Shown one piece after another: positions 56,394 to 64,000 of a DNA stretch of 64,000 bases. Each line of letters starts with the position of its first letter. The first letter of the stretch is position 1. Source of the DNA: an uncultured cyanobacterium (GTDB lineage: Bacteria > Cyanobacteriota > Cyanobacteriia > Cyanobacteriales > Microcystaceae); NCBI GenBank assembly GCA_963807635.1, contig CAWEDJ010000105.1, forward strand, positions 1 to 64,000, read 5' to 3'. The position numbers and the translations under genes are program-made. The notes beneath the pieces are model-generated. The model was not told the origin of the DNA. It was given only the letters and a program-made list of their open reading frames with translations, and did not search any database.

Positions 56394-57737
56394 ATGATAT
56401 CTTCTGACCTTCGAGTTTTGATAATCGCTGAACACGCATCCCTAAATTTTGGTGGTGAAGCCGCTTTACCTCTGCATTATTTTCGCGTTCTTCGTAAACG
56501 TGGCATCGAAACTTGGTTAATTGTTCATGAACGCACAAAAACAGAACTCCAATCAAGATTTCCAGACGATATTAATCGGATATATTTTGTCCCTGATACA
56601 TTTTTGCATCGTTTACTTTGCAAACTAGGCAGTTCTTTGCCCCATAGGATATCTTTTTTTACTTTTGGTTTTTTATTAAGATTACTTACCCAGAGTCTTC
56701 AGAGAGGTCTGGCTAAACAAATTATTAGAGAGCAAAAAATAGATATTATTCATCAACCTATTCCTGTCTCTCCTAAAGATCCTTCAATGCTTTTTGACTT
56801 AGGCGTACCAATTATTATTGGTCCAATGAATGGGGGAATGAATTATCCCCCTGCATTTCAAAAAATGCAAAGTAGATTGGTGGGAGCAGCAATAAGTTTT
56901 GGACGTGCTTTATCTAGCTTTATGAACGTTGTTATCCCAGGTAAAGTTAAGGCAACAACCTTATTAGTTGCTAATGCACGAACAAGAGAAGCTCTGCCGT
57001 CAAGCGTTCGAGAGGTTCCTACGATTGAACTAGTTGAAAATGGGGTAGATTTATCCTTATGGATCAAAGATTTATCAGAAAAAATTGAGCCAAACGAAGA
57101 AAAATTTCAGGAAAAAGATCAATCAAATTTCACTCGTTTTGTCTTTATTGGAAGGTTAGTCGATTGGAAAGCAGTTGATTTGTTGTTAATCGCTTTTAAA
57201 CAGGTATTAGAAAAAATCCCTGCTCGGTTAGATATTATTGGAGAGGGAGACCAAAAAGCTAATTTAGAAGAAATTGCTAGAAATTTAAGTTTAATATCTT
57301 CTTCAAACGAGTTAAACTCTGATTTCTCTCAAACCAACCTTCGCTTTTTGGGGTGGTTATCCCAAGCTGATTGCGCTAAACAATTAGGAGAATCCGATGT
57401 TTTGGTTTTACCGAGTTTGTATGAATGTGGTGGTGCTGTTGTGTTAGAAGCGATGGCTTTGTCCTTACCCGTCATTGCAACTAATTGGGGCGGCCCTGCG
57501 GACTATCTGGATGATTCCTGCGGAATTTTGGTCAATCCAGATTCTAGGGAAGGCTTGATTTATGGCTTGGCGACGGCCATGTTCGATTTAGCGAATTCTC
57601 CTGAACTGCGACAATCTATGGGGAAAGCGGGAGCGCAAAGGGTCGTGAATTTTTTTGATTGGGATAAGAAGGGAGAAAAAATTCTGGAAATTTATCAGGA
57701 TAGTATTGATCGATATTCTCAGACGAGAAAACTCTAG
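56394..57737 (+). CDS. GT4 glycosyltransferase
   Basis: FIGRLVDWK, ECGGAVVLEAMA. Confidence 0.9.
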   Translation: MISSDLRVLIIAEHASLNFGGEAALPLHYFRVLRKRGIETWLIVHERTKTELQSRFPDDINRIYFVPDTFLHRLLCKLGSSLPHRISFFTFGFLLRLLTQSLQRGLAKQIIREQKIDIIHQPIPVSPKDPSMLFDLGVPIIIGPMNGGMNYPPAFQKMQSRLVGAAISFGRALSSFMNVVIPGKVKATTLLVANARTREALPSSVREVPTIELVENGVDLSLWIKDLSEKIEPNEEKFQEKDQSNFTRFVFIGRLVDWKAVDLLLIAFKQVLEKIPARLDIIGEGDQKANLEEIARNLSLISSSNELNSDFSQTNLRFLGWLSQADCAKQLGESDVLVLPSLYECGGAVVLEAMALSLPVIATNWGGPADYLDDSCGILVNPDSREGLIYGLATAMFDLANSPELRQSMGKAGAQRVVNFFDWDKKGEKILEIYQDSIDRYSQTRKL

Positions 57738-57814
57738 CGGCGATCGCGTGTTTGATCTAAGACTAATTCGATTCGGATTTGGCGATGGTTTTTATTGTTT
57801 GGCGATCGCGTTAT

Positions 57815-57898
57815 TCAGTCAGTGATATTCTCGATTGAGGATGTACTTTTTAGACTTTTAATATCTTTAATAAAAGTAGGAAGATAATTGGTTTTCAT
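57815..57898 (-). pseudogene. Truncated RelE/ParE-like toxin
   Basis: ATGA-coupled to antitoxin; MKTNYLPTFIKDIKSLK.. stops after 27 aa next to a HIP1 site. Confidence 0.55.
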
Positions 57899-58098
57899 TC
57901 TTTTTCTAATTCAATTAGGGCTTCCTCAAGGCTTAAGGGAGTTTCGCCTTTAACGTCTATCATGGCACGATAGAGTCCTTCATCTTCGTGGGTTTCAATC
58001 ATTTGTTGATAATCTTCAAAGTTAATGATGGCTTGCTGAATATGACCTTGATTATCAATAATCAATTCTTGAGCTAAGGGATAATCTTTTATGTTCAT
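57895..58098 (-). CDS. Putative antitoxin
   Basis: Acidic 67 aa, EDEGLYRAM..LSLEEAL. Confidence 0.7.
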   Translation of the reverse strand: MNIKDYPLAQELIIDNQGHIQQAIINFEDYQQMIETHEDEGLYRAMIDVKGETPLSLEEALIELEKE

Positions 58099-58103
58099 GA
58101 TTT

Positions 58104-58208
58104 TTACTCATTGTTATAGGGTTTTGAATTTTCTGCTAATGTAGCCTGAATTTTGGGTAGGAGGTCTTCGCAGTCTTGAAGGAGGGGAATTTCCAGTTGT
58201 TGAGTGAG
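58104..58208 (-). repeat. Decayed copy 3 of NLR 3' end
   Basis: Translates LTQQLEIPLLQDCEDLLPKIQ..stop. Confidence 0.7.
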
Positions 58209-58232
58209 AATGGGAGCTACTGACAAATGGCT

Positions 58233-58454
58233 TTACAGATTAAGGAATTCATCAATGCTAACTTGGCATTGTTTGAGAATATTATGAAGAGTCCCTTATC
58301 GGATTTCTTTATGATGAGGAATAGTGGTTTTTAAGCGCGTTTGAGGATTAAACCAAATTTCATGATCGCCTTTACCTGTTCGATAAAATTCAAAGCCTAT
58401 TTTTCTCAGTTTGCGGATGACTTCTCGGTAAGTAAAGCCAGATAGCTTGCCCAT
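58233..58454 (-). pseudogene. hicA: HicA toxin with nonsense codon
   Basis: MGKLSGFTYREVIRKL..GKGDHEIW..IPHHKEIR*GTLHNILKQ; TAA at 58296-58298. Confidence 0.82.
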
Positions 58455-58456
58455 TT

Positions 58457-58696
58457 CTACGATGCCATAAGGGGAATTTGAAAGTGACTTGCGGTCGTCA
58501 AGGTGATACAGGGATGTTCAGCTTTTGTTTGATCAAGTTCCAACAGGATCGGAATCAAATCTTTAGCGATTTCGATCGCCGCGTCTATGGTATCGGCTTC
58601 GGCAACGAGTCCTTGAATGTCGGGACTGGTCGCTACAAAGTAATTTTGATTGTTTTCTTGGCAGTATTCGATATTGAGGATAATTTGGTTTTGCAT
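58457..58696 (-). CDS. HicB-like antitoxin (DUF1902-like)
   Basis: FVATSPDIQGLVAEADT motif; directly upstream of hicA. Confidence 0.78.
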   Translation of the reverse strand: MQNQIILNIEYCQENNQNYFVATSPDIQGLVAEADTIDAAIEIAKDLIPILLELDQTKAEHPCITLTTASHFQIPLMAS

Positions 58697-58743
58697 ATTG
58701 ATCAATATTTTAAAATGGATAGAAAAAGTCAATTTTTTTGATA

Positions 58744-58849
58744 CTAGCTATTGTCCCCTAAGTTTTCCTGAATTTTTGCTAGGAGTTCTTCGCAGTCTTT
58801 GATTAAAGGAATACCTATTTCTTGGAAGAAGGTGAGGTCAGCTTGGCAA
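58744..58849 (-). repeat. Decayed copy 2 of NLR 3' end
   Basis: Translates CQADLTFFQEIGIPLIKDCEELLAKIQENLGDNS-stop. Confidence 0.85.
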
Positions 58850-59058
58850 TTAGAGTAAGTCTTGTTCAGACAGATTGGCAATTCTCATCAATGATTTGAG
58901 AGTACCAAGTTTTAAGTCTTGGTTACGATGGACTGGGATAGACAAAATTTGCTGACTATCTGGTTTTTGATAAATGTGGTGACTGCCTGATACTCGTTTT
59001 AAAAGCCATCCTTGTTGCTCAACAATTTTACAGAGTTTTTTCCTGAAATGGATTTCAT
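58850..59058 (-). CDS. hicA: HicA toxin; frameshift in A-run near 59040 (possibly sequencing error)
   Basis: MKSISG/KKLCK..GSHHIY..IPVHRNQDLKLGTL. Confidence 0.8.
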
Positions 59059-59270
59059 AGGGCAATTTCCACTAGCTGATCGTTGGTGCTGGGTTGACTG
59101 GATTCGTTGGCGACAGCTAACCATCCTTCAATGGCATCTTTTAAATTTTCAGTGACTTCTTCAAGGTTGTCGCCCTCGGTGATGCAACCAGGGAGAGCAG
59201 GAACCTCTGCCCAGTAGCCACCTTCTTCTGCGGGATGGATAATGGCTTTAATTTTCATGGTGTTGTTCAC
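59055..59270 (-). CDS. hicB: HicB antitoxin
   Basis: EEGGYWAEVPALPGCITEGD. Confidence 0.9.
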   Translation of the reverse strand: MNNTMKIKAIIHPAEEGGYWAEVPALPGCITEGDNLEEVTENLKDAIEGWLAVANESSQPSTNDQLVEIAL

Positions 59271-59288
59271 TCAAATTGAATTGATAGT

Positions 59289-59437
59289 TTATTGATTATC
59301 CCCTAAGTTTTCCTGAATGTTTGCTAGAAGTTCTTCGCAGTCTTTGACTAAAGGAATGCCAAGTTCTTGGGAGAGGGCGATCGCGTTTTGGCAATGCCTG
59401 AGAGCAAGTTGGAGTTGATTGGTTTGATGGCGATCGC
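59289..59437 (-). repeat. Decayed copy 1 of NLR 3' end, starting at a HIP1 site
   Basis: Translates HQTNQLQLALRHCQNAIALSQELGIPLVKDCEELLANIQENLGDNQ-stop. Confidence 0.9.
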
Positions 59438-59471
59438 AGTGAGAACGATTTAAACAGAAACTAATTCAGGT

Positions 59472-59693
59472 TCATGGATTAAGTTGTAATAGTTTAGAGC
59501 AATCAACGGTTTCCATGGCAAAGGTGTTACCTTTTTGGTCGGTAAAGTCAATCAGAAAAGCTTGTTGATCAAAGGACATTAAAACGGTTCCTAGTTGTCC
59601 ACGACGCAGCAAAATGGGCTGATGGGTAATTTTATGAGTAGCCGTTACATCTTCAGTTAGGGCAACTAAGTCATATTCTTGAATGGGTTCCAT
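59472..59693 (-). CDS. DUF4926-like protein
   Basis: EYDLVAL..LRRGQLGTV..FLIDF. Confidence 0.72.
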   Translation of the reverse strand: MEPIQEYDLVALTEDVTATHKITHQPILLRRGQLGTVLMSFDQQAFLIDFTDQKGNTFAMETVDCSKLLQLNP

Positions 59694-59729
59694 AATTGGC
59701 TTAATAGATTTTTTAAGGTTGCTAAATTA

Positions 59730-60080
59730 TTAACGATAGACTTCTCTCCGATGTTTACATTGCAAGATGAGGATAATTTGCTTCGCGTCATCAATCTCAT
59801 AGCGAACTCGATAATCACCAACACGCAAGCGATATTCCTGCTCGGAATTTTTTAATTTAACAATGCCAGGCGGACGGGGTTCTATTTCCAAACCCTTGAT
59901 TTTTTCGAGAATGCGATCTTTGACGGTATTGGGTAAATTATCAATCTGTTTTTCTACAGACTTAGAAATTTTGATATAGCGGTAGTCACGTGAGTGAGGT
60001 GTATTGGAGTCTTGTACAGTAAGCCTTTCAAGAATTTTATTGCCCCTCATACGACTGAATACCGCTATAACGTAGTTCAT
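59730..60080 (-). CDS. RelE/ParE toxin carrying in-frame MITE
   Basis: PRPPGIVKL..YRLRVGDYRVRY..HRREVY; 31 extra N-terminal residues. Confidence 0.88.
   Translation of the reverse strand: MNYVIAVFSRMRGNKILERLTVQDSNTPHSRDYRYIKISKSVEKQIDNLPNTVKDRILEKIKGLEIEPRPPGIVKLKNSEQEYRLRVGDYRVRYEIDDAKQIILILQCKHRREVYR
59975..60069. mobile_element. MITE with TA duplication inside relE
   Basis: TATAGCGGTA...TACCGCTATA ends; removing 93 bp restores MNYVIKISKS. Confidence 0.82.
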
Positions 60081-60087
60081 TGTAATT

Positions 60088-60321
60088 TTAGTCTTTGCTC
60101 AAGTATTGATCTAAGGTCACATAGTCGCCTGATTGATATTCGGCTCGAACTGCTTGAAGTTCTGCTAGGGTTTCCTCGTCATCTTGATAGGATTCTTCTT
60201 CTTCTTCAAAAATTTGTTGTTCTAACATTTCTAATAATTGTTGTTTTTGTGATAAGTCAAGGGAGTCAATTACTTCGGCTAAGGATTCAAAGGGGATTTT
60301 TAGATTGATTGTATTTGTCAT
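60088..60321 (-). CDS. Putative antitoxin
   Basis: Acidic 77 aa immediately upstream of relE. Confidence 0.72.
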   Translation of the reverse strand: MTNTINLKIPFESLAEVIDSLDLSQKQQLLEMLEQQIFEEEEESYQDDEETLAELQAVRAEYQSGDYVTLDQYLSKD

Positions 60322-60386
60322 GGTGCTTTTATTTTTATCTGGATAAAAAGTTAGATCCCGTTACAGATTTCTTACAAATTAAGGAA

Positions 60387-60554
60387 TTAAAAAATTTCCA
60401 ATAAAATGGGAATCAAATCTTTGACGATTTCTATTACCGCGTCTATCGTATCGGCTTCGGCAACAAGTCCTTGAATGTCGGGACTGGTCGCTACAAAATA
60501 ATTTTGATTGTTTTCTTGGCAGTATTCGATATTGAGGATAATTTGATTTTGCAT
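60387..60554 (-). pseudogene. Truncated second copy of the HicB-like gene
   Basis: 55 aa nearly identical to the N-terminal part of 58457-58696, including upstream spacer. Confidence 0.75.
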
Positions 60555-60599
60555 ATTGATTAATATTTTAAAATGGATAGAAAAGGTAATTTTTTGATA

Positions 60600-62951
60600 C
60601 TAATCATTGTCCTCTAAGTTTTTCTGAATTTTTGCTAGGAGTTCTTCGCAGTCTTTAACTAAAGGAATACCAAGTTCTTGGGAGAGGGTGAGGGCGTTTT
60701 GGCAATGGGTGAGGGCGGGTTGGGGTTGATTGGTTTGATGGGCGATTTCCGCAAGAGCTTTTAAACTATGGGCGATTAAATATTTAAAGTTAATCTCTTG
60801 GGAAATAACTAAGGATTCTTGAATTTTGGCTTCTGCTTCGCTGTAATTTTCAAGTTCGATCAATATCTCCCCTATATTGTGTAGAGCAATTGCCTCCCCT
60901 CGCCGCAAGTTAATTTTTTTACTAATGTCAAGAGATTTCTGGTTAGAGTCGATCGCCTCTGTATATCGCTTCAAGGAATGATAACAACGTCCTAAAGCCC
61001 ATAGAGAATTTGCCTCCCCTTCCTGATGGCCGATTTTTTTACTAATGTTGAGAGATTGCTGGTTAGAGTTGATCGCCTCTGTATATCGCTTCAAGGAATG
61101 ATAACAAAGTGCTAAATGCAATAGAGCGAGTGCCTCCCCTTCCTGATCGCCGATTTTTTTACTAATGTTGAGAGATTGCTGGTTAGATTCGATCGCCTCT
61201 GTATATTGCCCTAAGAAATAATAATAAAGTCCTAAATTCCCTAGAGCAAATGCTACTCTTTTTAGATCGCCCATTTTTTCGCTGATTTCAAGAAATTCCT
61301 TGTACTTGGATCTCGCTTCTGTATACTGCCCTAAGAAAGAATAATAAAGTCCTAAATTCATTAGACAACCTGCTACCACTTCCTGATAGTCCATTTTTTT
61401 ACTAATGTCGAGAGATTGCTGGGTAGAGTAGATCGCGTCTTTATACTTCCCCAAAAGATTATAACAATTGCCTAAATTCACTAGACAACCTGCCACTCCT
61501 TTCTGATCGTCCATTTTTTCGCTAATGCCGAGAGATTCCTTGTACTTGGCGATCGCTTTTTCATACTCCCCCAAGGAACAATAACAATTGCCCAGACGGT
61601 TGAACGACTTCCTATGACAATCTTGTTCCCGTTGACTCCCTGCGATCACCTGCTCGTATAATTGCGCTCTCTGACGATAAAGCCCTTGTAATTCCAAAAA
61701 TTGATCAACCGATTTATTTTTTCCTTCTCCCCCTCGCTCCTCATTCAAAATATCAAAAGCTAACTGCCATTCTCCCAATTCCCCTGCATGGTAAAACCCC
61801 TCTAAATACACCGTCAAATCCGCCAACGATTCCCAGGGAGGCGCGGGTAAATGGGCCAAAAAATAAGCCAACGCGGACTGATGCGCCGATCGCAATAGCT
61901 CAGAATCCGTTTGCTGTTGCACCACCATCGAAATTAAAGGCAAAAACTGAAACCGTCGCCGTTTTCCCTCTTTGGGTTCGGGGGGAAACTCCTGCAACAA
62001 CGACAAACGGGCCAAATCCCGTAAATCTTTCTCTGTTACCCCAGCCGTTAACCCCTGAGCTAACCCCAGATCAAAAATCCCTCGCAATACCGATAACCGC
62101 TTTAAAATATCCCCTAACCGTGCCGATAATCGCGACAAACTGGCCGCTACCACTTCCCTGACACAGGTTTCCGTATCACGGTGATAACCCTCCACCGTAA
62201 ACAAATCTAAGCCCAAGTTTTCCGCCTCTGTCACACAAACCTCTTCCCCCAACTCCTCCCGCATCCAACTCGATACCAGTTGCATCAAGAGGGGATGCCG
62301 CCCCATCTGGTTCACAAATTGGGCTAATTCTTTCTTCGTTCCCGTTAAACCATAGTCTTCCGTCACCAAACGCATCGCATCGGCTTCTGCTAACCCCTTT
62401 AAGGGCAACCAATAACAACGCGATCGCAAATTGGGGGCCAACGTTGGCTGTTCCCGACTGGTGAGCAACAGCTTACTGTTACCCCCGTTCCCTAGCCATT
62501 GGCTCAAAAATTGACCATAAACCGACTTCCCTTCTGCTGGTATTACCGTTTCCATATTGTCCAACACCAACAAACAAGGCTCGGCGATTAACCCTGCGAT
62601 TATCTGCCCAATTAACGTCTCCTCGTCCCATTTTTCATCATAAGCTTGTCCTAACTGCTCCAATAACCATCGCCCAAATTGCGCCAAGGGGTAAGGCTGA
62701 ATAAAATTCACCCACAACACCCGCCAATCAGGGGTTAACTGCTCTTTGAACTTCACCGCTAAAGCCGATTTCCCATAGCCTCCTGCGGCGGTCATCCCGA
62801 TTAAGCGTACTTTGTCATTGCTTAGGGCGGTTTGTAGTTCATTTATTTCATCCTGTCGTCCCTGCCATTCATCTACAGGTGGAGGTGTGGTATTCAGGGT
62901 TGCTGATTGCGTTGGGGCTAACTTTGTCTGTTTTCCATCAGACGAATCCAG
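60600..62951 (-). CDS. NB-ARC/STAND NTPase with TPR repeats (bacterial NLR); start unresolved
   Basis: Open from 62951: EWQGRQDE, GGYGKS, LLVLDN, TSR, HPL, then 40-aa TPRs. Confidence 0.88.
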   Translation of the reverse strand: MDSSDGKQTKLAPTQSATLNTTPPPVDEWQGRQDEINELQTALSNDKVRLIGMTAAGGYGKSALAVKFKEQLTPDWRVLWVNFIQPYPLAQFGRWLLEQLGQAYDEKWDEETLIGQIIAGLIAEPCLLVLDNMETVIPAEGKSVYGQFLSQWLGNGGNSKLLLTSREQPTLAPNLRSRCYWLPLKGLAEADAMRLVTEDYGLTGTKKELAQFVNQMGRHPLLMQLVSSWMREELGEEVCVTEAENLGLDLFTVEGYHRDTETCVREVVAASLSRLSARLGDILKRLSVLRGIFDLGLAQGLTAGVTEKDLRDLARLSLLQEFPPEPKEGKRRRFQFLPLISMVVQQQTDSELLRSAHQSALAYFLAHLPAPPWESLADLTVYLEGFYHAGELGEWQLAFDILNEERGGEGKNKSVDQFLELQGLYRQRAQLYEQVIAGSQREQDCHRKSFNRLGNCYCSLGEYEKAIAKYKESLGISEKMDDQKGVAGCLVNLGNCYNLLGKYKDAIYSTQQSLDISKKMDYQEVVAGCLMNLGLYYSFLGQYTEARSKYKEFLEISEKMGDLKRVAFALGNLGLYYYFLGQYTEAIESNQQSLNISKKIGDQEGEALALLHLALCYHSLKRYTEAINSNQQSLNISKKIGHQEGEANSLWALGRCYHSLKRYTEAIDSNQKSLDISKKINLRRGEAIALHNIGEILIELENYSEAEAKIQESLVISQEINFKYLIAHSLKALAEIAHQTNQPQPALTHCQNALTLSQELGIPLVKDCEELLAKIQKNLEDND
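60890..61600 (-). repeat. 120-bp tandem TPR-coding repeats (about 6 units)
   Basis: Sequence lines 120 bp apart are near-identical. Confidence 0.9.
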
Positions 62952-63368
62952 TCAAAAAGTTACAGGCCCATTGAAAGTATTTCCCTGAACAACATTCTTG
63001 ATTTGCTCGGCTAACTTCTGAGAATTAATAACGGTTGTCTGTTGCGTCTGAGATTTAATTGAATTCACAAGGTCTTTTAGTAAAGGTTCCGTTTCTACCA
63101 TTACGACTAATTCCTGCATCCTTTGAGCTACTTCAGGATTAGCCTTTGCGGCTGCTTCCGTTTCTAATACCGCTTTCCCATAATTCAAGGGCTGTTCAGG
63201 AGCTTTTTCAATCGCTGTGACCGTATCGGGTGATTCGTTTCTTAAGGAATTCAAAAAATCACCTGTTTGTTGCCAAAGAGTTTCAGCTACTTTTTCACCC
63301 GTTTTTTCAAGGGCTTTAGTTGCTACTACTGAACCAATGGCGATCGCGGCGGTTGTGAAGGGTTCCAT
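62952..63368 (-). CDS. Bell-like helical effector with C-terminal amyloid-like motif
   Basis: N-terminal hydrophobic helix MEPFTTAAIAIGSVVATKALEK; ends IKNVVQGNTFNGPVTF; adjacent to NLR. Confidence 0.7.
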   Translation of the reverse strand: MEPFTTAAIAIGSVVATKALEKTGEKVAETLWQQTGDFLNSLRNESPDTVTAIEKAPEQPLNYGKAVLETEAAAKANPEVAQRMQELVVMVETEPLLKDLVNSIKSQTQQTTVINSQKLAEQIKNVVQGNTFNGPVTF

Positions 63369-63525
63369 CGTCTTAATCAGGAGATTTTACAGGATTTTTA
63401 AATTCTAATACATCCATATCGAAATAACCAGCGATCGCATTTTAGTAGTGGAGATTGAGAACAGCGATCGCGTTAATTTAGAAAGATATGATAGAAATGT
63501 AAGCACAGCAAGGAGTCGTAAACAA

Positions 63526-63987
63526 ATGACACAAGCCTTAAACTTAGTAAAATCGCCCACAACACTATACGATAACGACTTCTTGCAATGGACAGAAATA
63601 ACGATCGCCCAATTACAGAATAGAGACTTTAAACAACTAGATATTGCCAACTTAATAGAGGAAATAGACTCATTGGGAAAAGCACAGAAAAATGCCTTCA
63701 AAGGACAAATTCGGGCATTAATAGAGCATATCTTAAAAAGATGTTATGTCGAGATGCCCTTGGAATATCCTGGCTGGGAACGGACAATTCGTAACATTCG
63801 CCCCGAAATTGAAGACTTGATTGAAACTTCTCCCAGCTTGCAAAATGACTTTTCCGATGTTTTAGATAAGGTTTATCAGCAATGCCTCAAAAAACTACGG
63901 CCAGAATATAAAAATACAAACTTTCCTGATACTTGGCAATTTTCGCGATCGCTTGATGATCTTCTGAATTTAGATGTATGGGAATAA
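63526..63987 (+). CDS. DUF29 family protein
   Basis: LYDNDFLQW..LDIANLIEEIDSLG..SPSL. Confidence 0.88.
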   Translation: MTQALNLVKSPTTLYDNDFLQWTEITIAQLQNRDFKQLDIANLIEEIDSLGKAQKNAFKGQIRALIEHILKRCYVEMPLEYPGWERTIRNIRPEIEDLIETSPSLQNDFSDVLDKVYQQCLKKLRPEYKNTNFPDTWQFSRSLDDLLNLDVWE

Positions 63988-64000
63988 CGATAAACGACAT

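Noticed and set aside
60890..61600. Complete diversity-generating retroelement
   Set aside because: No reverse transcriptase or non-coding template repeat in the window; kept only as an alternative to test.
62949..62957. prfB-like +1 frameshift at TTT TGA C
   Set aside because: The +1 frame hits TAG within about 12 codons; only the 0 frame continues into the NLR.

Overview
Cyanobacterial chromosomal DNA (abundant HIP1 GCGATCGC; ndhF3/ndhD3/cupA, psbM, ycf3, crtD, ndhR), probably a unicellular Chroococcales/Synechocystis-like organism (inference). Many conserved genes (ftsW, acnB, cupA, malic enzyme, P-type ATPase, FTR1 and others) are split by single-base indels, which points to uncorrected long-read errors rather than real pseudogenes. 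Core blocks are interleaved with accessory blocks: an amyloid-motif/NACHT gene pair, an IS5 inserted in vapC, a HEPN gene, a two-gene CBASS, many TA modules, several MITEs, and a Bell-type effector/NB-ARC-TPR locus. Three observations stand out. (1) The Bell-type effector is in frame with the NLR and separated from it only by one TGA-C codon, so it is a readthrough candidate. (2) Downstream of that NLR is a polarized array of TA cassettes separated by progressively decayed copies of the NLR 3' end. (3) The same diverged-duplicate scars flank cassettes at both ends of acnB and upstream of ndhF3. All calls come from reading the sequence; no database searches were run.
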